Shown here one piece after another: positions 1 through 17,759 of a stretch of 64,000 nucleotides of DNA (the stretch's first letter is position 1; the number at the start of each line of letters is the position of its first letter). Location of the stretch: the NCBI GenBank assembly GCA_964016885.1, contig OZ024743.1, positions 66,278,001-66,342,000 on the forward strand, read 5' to 3'. This DNA is from Eledone cirrhosa (taxonomy: Eukaryota). Below the pieces are notes generated by a model that searched no databases, was not told where the DNA came from, and saw nothing but the letters and a program-made list of their open reading frames with translations. The position numbers and the translations under genes were made by a program.

Positions 1-215
1 CGTGGGTTCGATTCATGGGTTGCATATTGTGTTCTTGAGCAAAACACTTCATTTCACGTTGCTCCAGTATACTCAGCTAAAAATGAGTACCAGCAATAGT
101 TAGGGGTTTAACCATGCGATGGACTGGCGTCCTGTCCAGGGCGAAGTCTTGTACTCTCAGTCGCTTCATGCCATGAAACCTGGATAAGCACTGGCCAAAT
201 GAGGCTTAAGACAGA
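1..215 (+). mobile_element. tRNA-derived SINE, family 2 (5' end cut by window edge)
   Basis: B-box GGTTCGATTC followed by the central segment TTGAGCAAAACACTTCATTTCACGTTGCTCCAG. The same segment recurs at about 38800-39030 (+), 39250-39420 (+), and on the minus strand at about 20480-20600, 30102-30300, 34493-34800 and 55080-55410. Confidence 0.75.
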
Positions 216-426
216 CTTTAGACTTTTTTGTGGTAGTAGACTTGTACGTGTGAATAAATGTTATTTTGAATGTGTGTACTGTATATGTGCGTTGAAGTTA
301 TGTTGTGTGTGTGTGTAACGTATCTAATGGGTAGGCTGCACTTAGTGGTACTTCCTATAAGATACAGAGAACTCAATACAACTCAATTGTAGAGGAATCA
401 TCTAGTTGTTTCAGTGTGATTATAAT

Positions 427-613
427 AATTGTTTCTACTTTTGGCACAGGGCCAGCAAATTACCCAGTGCATTACTGGTACTTTATTTTATCGACCCCGT
501 AAGGATGAAAGGCAAAGTTAACCTCGGCGGGATTTGAACTCAGACTGTAAAGGGTCATAACTCTATGCGTCAAAATATGGCGTGCGACCCTCTACCGATA
601 CTGCCAGATTACC
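427..613 (-). mobile_element. tRNA-derived SINE family 1 (~190 bp, Nin/Deu-like central domain)
   Basis: On the minus strand: A-box TGGCAGTATCGG, B-box GAGTTCAAATCC, core GAGGTTAACTTTGCCTTTCATCCTTACGGGGTCGATAAAATAAAGTACCAG, and 3' end AGAAACAATT(ATT). More than 20 copies in the window. Confidence 0.9.
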
Positions 614-645
614 ATAATGATCATGAAGACGTTAACAATGGGGTA

Positions 646-892
<247 letters not shown>

Positions 893-1128
893 TACGTGCT
901 GTCCTTAATTAGTGCAATAAAATGAATAAATAAGAATGACAGCGATAACGAAACCACTTCCTCTTCTTTCTACAATTACTAACCTATAATTAAAGACAAT
1001 CTAATTGTTTATCAATTAATTAAATAATTAGTTTGATAAAGATAAAAGGTAAAAGATAATAATATTGACATGCTTTATTACTGTAGTAATTTCACACCAG
1101 CTGAGGAAACGCCTGTTTCTAGAAGGTA

Positions 1129-1200
<72 letters not shown>

Positions 1201-1353
1201 GTGTAAAAATACATATGTGTGTTATATATATATGTATATGTGTATATATGTATATGTGTATATATGTATATGTGTATATATGTATATGCGTATGTATATA
1301 TAAATGTATACATGCACACACACACAGACACACACACACTCACGCCCCCCCCC

Positions 1354-1407
<54 letters not shown>

Positions 1408-2479
1408 TATATATGAGTGTGTGTTTGTTTGTGTGCATGCATAGTTTCCGAAACACTTCAAAGTTTTTAAAAGGGCAACAACAACAATAACAGCAACAAC
1501 AACAATTACGTATCATTTAAGGTGCTGAGATCCAAATGAAGATGAGAAGATGATGATGTTTGTTTATTTGAGATGCAATCAACACAATATAAAGGCCAGT
1601 AAATTATACAAACTTACAGCAAGACAAACAATAGATAAATGAAGAGAAAAAGAAAAAATAATTTAGAAAAACCTTTTCTAAAATAAAGGTCTCATCCGTC
1701 ACATCAAGAATAAGGACCACATACTGCAATATCCTGGGGTTCAAGAGACCCTGGCTTTTTAATAAGCTGTCAATAACATTGGAGAGATCTACATGGTGTA
1801 CAGGTAGATATTTTCAAGGGACATCTCGTCATTCTACTGAACACGACCCCGGATGAACCCACAACACGAGGCGAAGCACAAACAAGAGTAACAACAATAA
1901 ACTCCCTTTTGTATCAATGGCCAACCAGGGGAGGTTGGCTATAGACAGTGTAGCATCAATGGCGGTGCCCCAGCATGGTCTCAGCTTCTCGGCTGGAATA
2001 CGTAATGATCAATAAAAGTTTAATTTCATGTTGTTTAATTTTATGTAGCATAGCGGTGACGAATTGGCGGAGTTGTTTGAACGACAAATATAATCCTTTG
2101 CGGTATTCGTTCCGGCTTTCTGTGTTCAAATTTCCCTTGAGTCAACTTTGCCGTTCAACCTTTCGAAGTCGATAAAAATAGTACCATTGCAGCACAGGGA
2201 TTACTTCTTCCTCTATATCTCTTTCTCTCTCACCCCCTCCTTCTGTGGAAGGAATTGGCTCTGTTCAGACCTAGAAAGAAATAGATCCGATGATGTTTAA
2301 AATGTCCAAAACAGGTCATATGTCACTACGGTGAACCTATATCACCACCAGTAGTTACGAGTCCATATATATATTTAGTATATTTTGTAGTTTTAAACGT
2401 GTATATATTTACGGTAATGTAAATATTATCCTTTGCAAACCATTAAAATAAGAAAATATATTGATTTGAAGATCAAAGT

Positions 2480-2860
2480 TGCAGGAATGTAGTCAATCAC
2501 CTAACAAGATGATTTCGGTTGTCATAAAAGCTTTGGATTCGATGCTTCTAAAACAGATAGACCTCGAATCACAAATTGCTTTCTAACAAAAGACTGCACT
2601 ATTGGGACATATTCTCAGAAAAGTACTGTCTGACTAAAGTCCTTGCTGAAACTTGGCAGGCATAGAAGATCCAGGAATTATAATATTTACTATGCAAGTC
2701 ATACATACTAGTTTTTTATTTCTAACAATTGTACACGGCCAGCAATATAGGGGAAGGGGAAGTCCGACAAATGGTACCAGAATGTTCCAGAAAGGGTCCT
2801 TGATGATAGAGACCAACTTAAGCTACTCTGGAACTTCGTTCTCCAAACAGACCGCAGACT
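2480..2860 (+). mobile_element. R4/Dong-clade (RLE) LINE fragments, degenerate
   Basis: 2590-2630 reads QKTALLG.ILRKVL, the typical R4 C-terminus. 2769-2858 reads KWYQNVPERVLDDRDQLKLLWNFVLQTDR, resembling the WYEH.P..V.E...KILWDF.IQTD motif. Confidence 0.6.
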
Positions 2861-3022
2861 TGAACACATATATCATATCTATCCCAGTATTTACTGGTAA
2901 TTTATTCGATTGATCCTGGAAGAATGAAAGGCAAATTTAGCCCCGGTGGGATTTGAAAGGAGAACATAGAGGGCCCTAACGAAATACTATTGTGCATTTA
3001 ATTCACCGCCCCAGAATAATAG

Positions 3023-3460
3023 TGGTTTCTATATTTGGCACCAGGTCAGTAATTTGAAGGGAAGGGGAAGTCAATTAAATCGACCCCAGTACATTACAGG
3101 TACATTATTTTATCGACTCCGTAAGGATGAAAGGTAAATCTAATCTAAGCAGGATTTGCAACCAGAACATAAAGGGCCGTCACTCTGTGCCATAAAGCAT
3201 GTTGTCCGACACTCTCCTGATACTGCCAATTCACCGCCCTAACCGCCTTAGAATAGTAATAACAATAATAATTGTTTCTACTTTTGGCACAAGGCCAGCA
3301 ATTATCCCAGTGTATTACGGGTACTTTATTTTATCGACCCAGTAAGGATGAAAGGCAATGTTAACCTCGGCGGGATTTGAACTCAGATTGGCAAGGGCCG
3401 TAACTCTATGCTGGAAAGCATGGCGTCCGACCCTCTACCGACACTGCCAAACCACGGCCC
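3023..3460 (-). mobile_element. two adjacent SINE family 1 copies (older 3023-3240, younger 3270-3460)
   Basis: Same A/B boxes and core as 427-613. Confidence 0.85.
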
Positions 3461-3788
3461 TTAATAACAATAATAATTGTTTCTACTTTAGGCACAAGGC
3501 CAGCAAATACCCAGTACATTACTGGTACTTTATTTTATCGATCCCATGGTGGTGGTGTTGGTAGTTGTGGTGGTGGTGGTGGTGGTGGTAGTGGTGGTGG
3601 TGGTGTTGGTAGTTGTGGTGGTGGTGGTTTGGTAGTTGTGGTAGTGGTGGTGTTGGTAGTTGTGGTGGTGGTGGTGTTGGTAGTTGTGGTGTTGGTGGTG
3701 TTGGTAGTGGTGGTGATTGTGGACATGATGGTATTGCTAGTGGTGGTGTTGGTGGTAGTGGGGAATTCTATCCTTAGTGTGTTAACAT

Positions 3789-3947
3789 AGACGCCATGCT
3801 TTGAAGCATAGTGTTACCTCCCTTTATGATCTGAGTTCAAATCCCGCCGAGGTTAACTTTGCCTTTCATCCTTACGGGGTCGATAAAATAAAGTACCAGT
3901 AATACACTTGGATAATTGCTGGCCTTGTACCAAAAGTAGAAACAATT
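3789..3947 (+). mobile_element. SINE family 1, 5'-truncated
   Basis: B-box, core and 3' end are present. Confidence 0.85.
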
Positions 3948-4289
3948 AACATATTCGGTAAAATTGTACTCGAAGTAACTAAAAGTATACGAATTTCCGC
4001 TGACAAGATAGAGTTCTATGTAGGACTGACATAATATGTAATATAGTCTTATGCTAAATGATGCCTCAACTTTGAACACCAGCTTACTCGTTGCTACCAG
4101 ATATTAACCATTGTAGAGATAAGCTTTCCCATTATCTCTGTAGAGGTATTCACACTGTATAACATGCAAATAATAGAACGGATATTCTATCACCTTTTAG
4201 ATAGCATACTGCCGCACTCTTATCTCAATACTGCAGATAAAAATTAATAGTACACAGAAATACAGACATGGATACACACAGACAGACAT

Positions 4290-4399
<110 letters not shown>

Positions 4400-4451
4400 A
4401 CACACACACGCACACATGCATACACACACACGCAGATATATATATATACAT

Positions 4452-4720
4452 ATACAATATATTAACAAATGGAAACTATATTTATAAAACCATATTTATT
4501 TCATTATACATATTTCAAGGACACCAAAGCAAATTATGGTGCGCTTTCATCAGATAAAATATAATATAGATCAGTTTTATAAACAAATATTGACATACCC
4601 TTAAAGAATGCGACTATCCGGGAGCTTCCAACCGACATGGATAGCCGGAGCTTCCAACCGACATATCAGTTATAAAAATATTTGCTTGTTGTATCCCAAC
4701 AAATTAAATATAACTTCTAC
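4452..4720. mobile_element. collapsed PLE-derived fold-back element (family F1): inverted arm plus 3' tail, in (TA)n
   Basis: 4452-4632 matches the left arm of 20705-21316. 4663-4720 matches its plus-strand tail. The junction has a short GGAGCTTCCAACCGACAT duplication. Confidence 0.8.
4498..4560 (-). ncRNA. minimal type I hammerhead ribozyme
   Basis: Minus strand reads ATTTTAT-CTGATGA-stem II-GAAA-TATGTA-TA-ATGAAAT. Confidence 0.8.
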
Positions 4721-4956
4721 ATATATACATATATATATATATGTATACATATACATGCACACATATATACACACACATACATACATACATACATACATAC
4801 ATACACACACACATATATATATACACACACACACATACACACACACATACACACACACATACATGCACACATACATACATACACATACACACACACACAC
4901 ACAGATATATATACAAATATATATATGTATAAATATACATGCATACACACATATTT

Positions 4957-5780
4957 ACGAGGTTTGTCTCAAAAGAAAAGGTACTGATGTTCTTGTGAAC
5001 AGCATGGTAACGCAGCACCTCGATGGTGTATATGGGTGTGTTGTGTATGACCTTGTCTGTACGTAATTCCTTATTTCATTATGATCGATCGAGTCTATCG
5101 TGAGTTAGTGTTCTTTATGTACAGACGTGTTTAAAACCTGTTATGTTTGCGATGAAGGAAAATATCGAACAACGGTACGCGATCAAATCTTTTTGAAACT
5201 CAACAAATCTGCCATCGAAATATTTAATTTTTACGCAAGCTTATGGACATGCCACACTATTGAGAAGTGAGGTTTTTAGGTGGCACGAGGCTTTCAAAGA
5301 CGGCCCAGCAAATGTTGAAAACGAACCTCGTTCTGAAAGTCCAATCTCGTTAACAAATGAACAAAACGTAGAAGTGGGGCGAGTGGTGATGACGAAAGAA
5401 CGACAATTGATTGTGAAGATGATTGAAGAAGAGACTGGCTTGGATAAAAAATGCATTTCACAGAAATTTAACAGACCATTTTCACATGTGAAACATTTGT
5501 TCAAAACTAATGTCTGTGGAGCAAAACGCAAACCGGTTGGAAGTTTGTCAGGACTTGCTTGAAGGACTCGAAAATTAGCCAAATTTCTGTTAGAAAGTTA
5601 TAACAGGAAATGAACCGTGGCCGAGTTCAATCCAATCCAGAAACAAAACAGCAAAGTGAGGAGTGACACACGAAAGATTATCGTCGAGGAAACACTCATC
5701 AACAGACCCAGAGTGAAGAGATGTTTAACATTTTTTTCGACAGCCAAATCTTCCAGTATTGGTTATTCCAATGTCTTGGG
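4957..5780 (+). mobile_element. degenerate mariner transposon, 5' part
   Basis: TA-CGAGG terminus. The frameshifted N-terminus EQRYAIK...AYG..LLRSEVFRWHEAFKDG..VENEPRS..P...RQLIVKMIEEETGL matches the mariner HTH region. The catalytic domain is truncated. Confidence 0.85.
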
Positions 5781-6014
5781 ATTATACTGTATCCTGAGTT
5801 TTTGAAACCATGGTTAAAATTGACTTTCTTTATCCAGTTTGGCTTATATCCACAACCACAAAAGAAAGCTAGATTTGGGCTTAGATTAAATATATTTTAT
5901 ATACATAATTTATACATATACGACTGATGTTACACAAAAATGATCTTAAATTGAAAATGGTCAACCCTTTTTACTTCGATCGTATTTTACAGTAGATATC
6001 ATTCCTAAGTCTCA

Positions 6015-6345
6015 CACATGGGACACGACATGCAGCGACACCTTCTCAAGCGGTAAGCTGGTACATTCCGTGAGAAACCCAGGTTTCGTTGTCCGACAAA
6101 CTGAAGATCGCAATTTGATAAAGTATCAACCGTTTCCAACTAGGTTTGTCGTTAGAGAGCAATGGAGTTCATGTCCCCGTACAACCTTCCTACTCCCTAC
6201 ACTGCTATAGGAGCCCTGCAAGAGGGAATGGCTATTTCAATACCTTTCCCTTGATTTAATGCAGGGCAAGGCTATCATCATTATGTCCGTAGGGACCATG
6301 ACGCAGCTTGTGCCCGGATTTCTCCATGTTGGTGACCGTTCTCCT
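6015..6345 (+). mobile_element. CRE-clade LINE 3' fragment (RLE endonuclease)
   Basis: WDTTCSDTFS...EDRNLIKY...REWLFQYLSL..MQGKA resembles the CRE motifs WD.T..DT / E..K..KY / FQRLS..IQRGNA. Confidence 0.6.
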
Positions 6346-6388
6346 GTCATTGAGGTAGGGATGGTGTAGGTGGCTGATATTTATGCTT

Positions 6389-6477
<89 letters not shown>

Positions 6478-6690
6478 TAAATATACATGTGTGTGTCTGT
6501 GTGTATATATATGTGTTGGTGTATTTATAGGCATATATATTTATATTCATATGGCATGTAAACATGCTAGACAATACGAATTTCCCTGTCAATTGGAAAC
6601 AATGACGAATACTTTTATTGATATTTGAACCTGCTTAGGCCATCAGAAGAAGAAAGCACGTATTTGAAGGGCTTATACACCCATTTGCCC

Positions 6691-6740
<50 letters not shown>

Positions 6741-6743
<3 letters not shown>

Positions 6744-7450
6744 GGCGATGAATTTGTTTTGCGAGGTTTTTATATGAAATTGTGTGTCGAAACAAATATT
6801 GTTATACTTGGGGAGGGTCATATTGTTGTAATAATATGGCCAGAAATAATAACAGAACACACTCACTGTTTGGTTGGTTTTCGCTTCTGTATCTTTTATA
6901 TCTCCACAGTTAATTCATTCGGTCCTCAATGTTTACAAACGACTGACCAACGGTCAAAAATACAGATATAATATAGATATAAACACATATATATAGTCTA
7001 ACAAAGTTCTTTCGTTGCACATCTGCAACATCAGTGGTACTATTATGTTCCTCCTGTTGTATTGTATATCTATGCCATTTTTATTTTGTCTGTTTATTTA
7101 TTTATTTTTTGTCTTCTTCTCCGCGCATGCGTTTGCGTGTGTGTATAGTGTTTGGTGTGTGTTCGCGTTTGGGTGACTGCGTTTCGGTTATTGTATTCTA
7201 TCTTAGTTTGCTAGTGTGTGTTTATATGTGTTTGTTGTTATTGTGCTTGTGTATATATATATTTATTTATTTATTTATTTATATTTATCTTAAGTCAGTA
7301 TTGTTTTGGGGGATGTTGTTATTCCATTCATTTTTTCTGTTTAGCTTTGGTCTTCTCAGTTCTATTTCGCTTGCCTCTCTAATTTGCCTATCTGCTGGGT
7401 CATTTCTATGTTTAGATATTATTTTACTTTCTATGTTGTCTATGTTACCG
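6741..7450 (-). mobile_element. 5'-truncated copy of the 10-14 kb PLE (end of GIY-YIG, 3' UTR/pLTR, full tail)
   Basis: Collinear with 10015-10640. It also carries the tail (6741-6797) that in the long copy sits inverted at 14066-14112. Confidence 0.85.
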
Positions 7451-7696
7451 CAGGTAAATGCATCCGTAGGTGGTATGCCGGTTGAACAGAGTTAGGTTTG
7501 ATCTGTAAGAGATCCTGCCTCGAGCTGATCGACGGAGAAACTTTTGTAATATGTTAATAAATTGTCTTCATCCACAACCAAACACACATAGTCACCTCCA
7601 ACACTCATGATATATATATATACAATGTACCCCCGGCATTCGCAGCACCGACATTCAAGGTTTCGATTATTCGCGGAATTTTCCTGTGTGTATATC

Positions 7697-7813
7697 ATGA
7701 CTCATACACTATTCACTTTCCTGTTATTTGTACATTATTCTATGTAATATACATGCACCTTTGATGAATTGTAGTGCACCTGAGCACTGTACACAATAAT
7801 TTCATTATTATTA
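7697..7813 (+). mobile_element. CR1-type LINE 3' UTR
   Basis: Matches 59517-59640, ending GTAGTGCACCTGAGCACTGTACACAATAATTTC(ATT)n. Confidence 0.8.
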
Positions 7814-7927
7814 TAATATAATAATTGTTCATGGAAACTAGCGCGTATTCGCGGAATCGTTAATATCTTCCTTGATATCTTAAATATCTTCTTCGATATC
7901 ATATATATTTTCTAATGCTAAATAATT

Positions 7928-8098
7928 AATTGTTTCTACTTTTGGCACAAGGCCAGCAATTATTCCAGTGCATTTTCTGGTACTTTATTTTTATCGACCC
8001 CGTAAGGATGAAAGGCAAAGTTAACCTCGACGGGATTTGAACTCAGAATGGCAAGTGCCGTAACTCTGTGCGTCAAGGCATGGCCATACTGCCAATCC
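7928..8098 (-). mobile_element. SINE family 1
   Basis: Core and B-box present, with an internal deletion near the 5' end. Confidence 0.85.
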
Positions 8099-8195
8099 AA
8101 ATTAATAACAATACACCGTATTTGTAGGCCTATTGGACGCCCCTTCGCATAAGACGCTACACTCTAGGAATGTAAGCCCAGCGCAAACCGGAGAC

Positions 8196-8275
<80 letters not shown>

Positions 8276-8320
8276 GTGTATCTGTGTGTGTTCGTTTTTG
8301 TTAAGGTTAAATAGTGAATC

Positions 8321-8395
<75 letters not shown>

Positions 8396-8399
<4 letters not shown>

Positions 8400-8936
8400 C
8401 AAGGTTTAGCAAATAAGATAAAGTTTCAAAATAAATTTTAAAAAATTAACTGTACTTACTATGGTTACCTTTACCGATTCGGTTTCGATTCTCAAAAATA
8501 AACGGAGTCCATACGGTCTTCGTTGCAAAGAAAGAATCTCGTCAGAAGGATCTTTTCATTCGGAGAATATAAAATTCTCGAATTCAAATTACGAACTGGC
8601 GCTATTCAAAATTGTTCCCGAGATGAGAGTAAATGAAGTGGAATCAATTTTTTCAAGGGCCGAGTGTAAAGATAAAGGCAGAGGCAGGGAGGTCAAATGG
8701 CTACTGCTATAACTAGCAGCAGTCAGAACGACCACATTTTTCTCAACATAGAGGAGTATAGTAATAATAGGATATGTGTTCCTACACGCACAGGCGCTAA
8801 GGGACACATGTATTGTCCAACCGTATGCCAATGTGGTTCAATGGCAGGTGAATAAATTAACGAGCCAGAACATATATAATCAAGGTTTAGCAAATAAGAT
8901 AAAGTTTCAAAATAAATTTTAAAAAATTAACTGTAC
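8396..8936 (-). mobile_element. PLE pLTR fragment with partial-tandem 3' tail
   Basis: Identical 60-bp direct repeats at 8396-8455 and 8877-8936, flanked by (TA)n. Contains an HHR. Confidence 0.7.
8468..8549 (-). ncRNA. type I hammerhead ribozyme
   Basis: Minus strand reads CCTT-CTGACGA-GATTCT...AGAATC-GAAA-CCGAATCGG-TA-AAGG. All three helices pair. Confidence 0.9.
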
Positions 8937-8942
8937 ACATAT

Positions 8943-9007
<65 letters not shown>

Positions 9008-9074
9008 GTGTGTATCTCGGCTTCAATCGGGGGTTACCACAGTAAGTAAGATACTCAATACATAGTAGAGTATA

Positions 9075-9127
<53 letters not shown>

Positions 9128-9132
<5 letters not shown>

Positions 9133-9595
9133 TATTTTGCAATACACTGTATGCTTAATTAAAAGCATTTCGAAAACCTTACGCTATTGTTTTAGAGTAG
9201 TAACAGTCTCACTTACTTTAAATTTTCAGCAAACAGGCGAGATAAAGCTGACAGAGCTCTGTCTCGTACTCTTTGGTACTTATCAAAGCTAAGTACTCCA
9301 CCTGTTTGCTGAAAAAAATGAATGTTTGATTCTTATAGAATTCTAGTAATAATCAGGAACTGATTATACAGAGCGGTTGCCGGTCAAGCAGAAACTGAAA
9401 ATTAGAATTGGTGCTCTGAAATAGCGATATATATATGAATGTATATATAGTGTATTTTGCAATACACTGTATGCTTAATTATACAAAACAATAGCGTAAG
9501 GTCTTCGAAATGGTTTTAATTAAGCATACAGTGTATTGCAAAATACACTATATATACATTCATATATATATCGCTATTTCACAGCACCAATTCTA

Positions 9596-9598
<3 letters not shown>
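9128..9598. mobile_element. PLE-derived fold-back element with core-mutated HHR (9246-9290, minus)
   Basis: 9128-9192 is inverted at 9485-9550, followed by a tail. Minus strand reads AGCT-TTGATAA-GTAC/GTAC-GAGA-CAGAGCTCTG-TC-AGCT. Homolog at 29474-29838. Confidence 0.7.
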
Positions 9599-9643
<45 letters not shown>

Positions 9644-9645
<2 letters not shown>

Positions 9646-9830
9646 GAAAACTCAGGACCCTGAGGGCTGAGCGCCAGCCGTTTCGACAGCTAGGTTCAGA
9701 CCTAGTTGTCGAAAGGTCGGAGCTCAGCCGTCGGGGTCTTTACTCTTTTCCTATTATCCACTCTACGACCCTAATTATCGAGTACCATGGTACGTTATGG
9801 TGCACCTGGTTCATTACCACACTTCCTTCT

Positions 9831-9832
<2 letters not shown>
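9644..9832 (+). mobile_element. small fold-back (about 50-bp arms) plus 80-nt tail, PLE terminus
   Basis: Imperfect hairpin centred near 9693, lying between (TA)n tracts. Collapsed homolog at 27188-27309. Confidence 0.6.
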
Positions 9833-9863
<31 letters not shown>

Positions 9864-9868
9864 CACAC

Positions 9869-14186
<4,318 letters not shown>

Positions 14187-14478
14187 TTTTGTATGTGTAA
14201 GTATATAGTGAAGTGGGTATATTATGTGCATGTAAACTTTAAGTGAATAAGCACTCAATACATTTGAATAGTCTATATATTTACATATCTTAATTTCCTC
14301 CTTCAATCCTGTAAAGTCCTTCAGGATGATGAAGGGATTTCCCTCAAGCTAAGAAGTTGCCAGAAAATATTTTAATACGTCAGTGAATAAAATTATCATC
14401 CATCGTCCTTCCTCTGTCAAGTGCTATGAATGTGTGTTTGTGTGTGTGTGTGTGTGTCCGTGCGTGTGTATGTGTGTG

Positions 14479-14536
<58 letters not shown>

Positions 14537-14588
14537 CACACACTTACACACGCACGGACACATATATATATATACATGTAAATATATG

Positions 14589-14620
<32 letters not shown>

Positions 14621-14644
14621 TGTATATATGTATATATATATATG

Positions 14645-14678
<34 letters not shown>

Positions 14679-14739
14679 CATATATATATATACATATAAA
14701 TATATGTGTATATATATATGTATATATATACACGTATAT

Positions 14740-14861
<122 letters not shown>

Positions 14862-14951
14862 TTATATACATATATATATATATATACATTTATATATATA
14901 TATATACATATATTTATATATATATACACATATAAATATATATATATATAC

Positions 14952-15525
14952 ACTGACGAAGGACTATTTTTATCATATGTAACCCATGTGCAACCACGCA
15001 GTATTCTTCTTTCTTCTCATGTTTTTTATATATATTTACCTCGGCTGCTTCCCCGTTCTCTCTGTTGCTCTCACCTTCTTTCGCCCCCTCTGTCAGTTAC
15101 ACTTTCTCTCGATTGACCTCTTCCTCGCACTTCCACTCACTCACTCACTCACTCTCTGTTTCTCCTCTTCTCACCGGTTTGGCTAGTAGTGAGTTCTCTT
15201 CTTGCTCACATCTCACTCACGTCGGACGGTCTGTATCTTAATCGCTCATGAAATTCACCCAGCTTATGCAGACCGGATAACCATGTTGCTTGTTTATTCC
15301 CATCTTTGAGTTGCTTTAATCCTTCTATGTTGTTTACTTGTCTCACTCGCTTTACGCGATTTACTTGTCCCAATAGCTTTTTTTAGTTATTGCTTGCACC
15401 AACCTGAGGTATATGATTTTTAATGCGACGAAATATCAATGATGGTTGGCAAATCACTGACGAAGGACTATTTTTATCATATGTAACCCATGTGCAACCA
15501 CGCAGTATTCTTCTTTCTTCTCTTG

Positions 15526-15530
<5 letters not shown>
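14952..15530 (+). mobile_element. PLE-like pLTR fragment with duplicated ~77-bp 3' tail
   Basis: Direct repeats at 14952-15028 and 15456-15530 in (TA)n. A degenerate HHR-like CCAAC-CTGAGGT...CGAAA...GTTGG lies at about 15399-15449. Confidence 0.5.
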
Positions 15531-15562
<32 letters not shown>

Positions 15563-15801
15563 AGGAGGTTATAGTTCACTTGAAGCATTGTGTAATGAGG
15601 TATAAACGTTTGTATATGTATAATAAAGCCAAAACAATGCAGGTATGGACATAGAATAAAGAATACAAATGCCATAGATATTGTTGACAATTAGTCTTTT
15701 ACCTTAGATTTATTTAAATGTCCTTAATTTTCGAGATAATATCTCTTCTTCAGATGGAAGTAAAGTTGTCAAACCAGTGTTCTGTATATACATATACAAA
15801 C

Positions 15802-15847
<46 letters not shown>

Positions 15848-15858
15848 GTATATATAAT

Positions 15859-16020
15859 AATTGTTTCTACTTTTGGCACACGGCCAGCAATTATCCCAGT
15901 GTATTACTGGTACTTTATTTTATCGACCCTGTAAGGATGAAAGGCAAAGTTAACCTCGGCGGGATTTGAACTCAGACCATAAAGGGCCGTAACTCTTTGC
16001 TGCAAAGCATGGTGTCCGAT
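15859..16020 (-). mobile_element. SINE family 1, 5'-truncated
   Basis: Core and B-box present. Confidence 0.85.
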
Positions 16021-16311
16021 ACAGTTAGTACTAACTACAGGGTTGCACGTGTTCCTACGGCTAGGTAGTTTAGCGAAATTTGAAGCTGTGATGTTATGTG
16101 CAAGGTTAGGAGTCGTATTATATTCGTTTTTTCCCGTTCTTTGCCAGGGAACGTTTCCACGAAACAAAGTATCGTCTTCCTGTCTTCCACCGGTTGCAAC
16201 GTTTTTTGAAATATTCACTTCTGCGTTTAAAGATTGACTTTGTTAGTTTCAGAAGCTCCCATTAAGGGTGAAAGCACCGATTCTTTGCTTAAACTTTAAA
16301 CTGTTATTTTA

Positions 16312-16347
<36 letters not shown>

Positions 16348-16494
16348 TATTTTCCGTTGTGTTGTAATATAAATATTACACACAGTAGATTATCAGCTCA
16401 CGTAGAGTTTGCTCGACGGTTCCAGTTGTAGTTCCAAAAGTAATCCGGAGAAAAATAGAAAGATTTGAATGGATACAGTTTAGTTGAAAGGAAT

Positions 16495-16614
16495 TTATTG
16501 ACACGTGTTTCTATAACAGTTACATAACCTAAAACAGCTGCTATCTACAAACTTTTAGTTATGCAGACATTCAATATTTCAATGTTATTATTTACTGTCA
16601 TTTCATCAGAATAA
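16495..16614 (-). ncRNA. type I hammerhead ribozyme with long stem II
   Basis: Reverse complement of 17129-17248. Confidence 0.8.
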
Positions 16615-17128
16615 TATTACTGAGGACCTATTTAGTTTTTATAGAGAATATTAGGAGGGAGGGGTGAAGTTGTTAGAAGAATAGTTGAAGGAGTGGTTTT
16701 TCGATAGCAGTGAGAATTCTTGGTGGCAGTGAGTAATTAGATTCCCATCTGTTGTTTTGACATTTTTTATAGAATATATTATTGGTTATTTTTCTAAATC
16801 TAGAGGTGTGCAAATATATTTGTTTGTGAATGCGTGGATGAAAGGATACGTACACTTGAAAGAAAAATTTAAGTCTGAATGTTAATTAAGTGCAAACACA
16901 AAACCAACCACGCATATCTTTACTATCTCTAATCCTTCTATAGATTTAGAAAAATAACCAATAATATATTCTATAAAAAATGTCAAAACAACAGATGGGA
17001 ATCTAATTACTCACTGCCACCAAGAATTCTCACTGCTATCGAAAAACCACTCCTTCAACTATTCTTCTAACAACTTCACCCCTCCCTCCTAATATTCTCT
17101 ATAAAAACTAAATAGGTCCTCAGTAATA

Positions 17129-17248
17129 TTATTCTGATGAAATGACAGTAAATAATAACATTGAAATATTGAATGTCTGCATAACTAAAAGTTTGTAGAT
17201 AGCAGCTGTTTTAGGTTATGTAACTGTTATAGAAACACGTGTCAATAA
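17129..17248 (+). ncRNA. type I hammerhead ribozyme with long stem II and palindromic stem III
   Basis: TTATT-CTGATGA-(ATGACAGT...ACTGTTAT, ~90 nt)-GAAA-CACGTG-TC-AATAA. Confidence 0.8.
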
Positions 17249-17282
17249 ATTCCTTTCAACTAAACTGTATCCATTCAAATCT

Positions 17283-17375
<93 letters not shown>

Positions 17376-17383
17376 CACACACG

Positions 17384-17449
<66 letters not shown>

Positions 17450-17450
17450 C

Positions 17451-17526
<76 letters not shown>

Positions 17527-17571
17527 TTACATTTATATATATATATATATATATATATACGTATATATAAT

Positions 17572-17759
17572 AATTGTTTCTACTTTTGGCACAAGGCCAG
17601 CAATTATCCCAGTGTATTACTGGTACTTTATTTTATCGACCCTGTAAGGATGAAAGGCAAAGTTAACCTCGGCGGGATTTGAACTCATATCATAAAGTGC
17701 CGTAATCTTTGCTGCAAAGCATGGTGTCCGACCCTCTACCGATACTACCAAATCCACCA
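17572..17759 (-). mobile_element. SINE family 1
   Basis: Near full-length copy. Confidence 0.88.

Larger units (their letters stand above)
16345..17287. mobile_element. PLE-derived fold-back: ~350-bp near-perfect inverted arms, ~130-bp spacer, 110-nt tail on the left
   Basis: 16456-16804 is the reverse complement of 16939-17287. Flanked by (TA)n, with an HHR in each arm. Confidence 0.9.

Noticed and set aside
427-613. tRNA genes suggested by A/B boxes
   Set aside because: The box spacing is too long, there is no cloverleaf, and the boxes are always fused to the SINE core.
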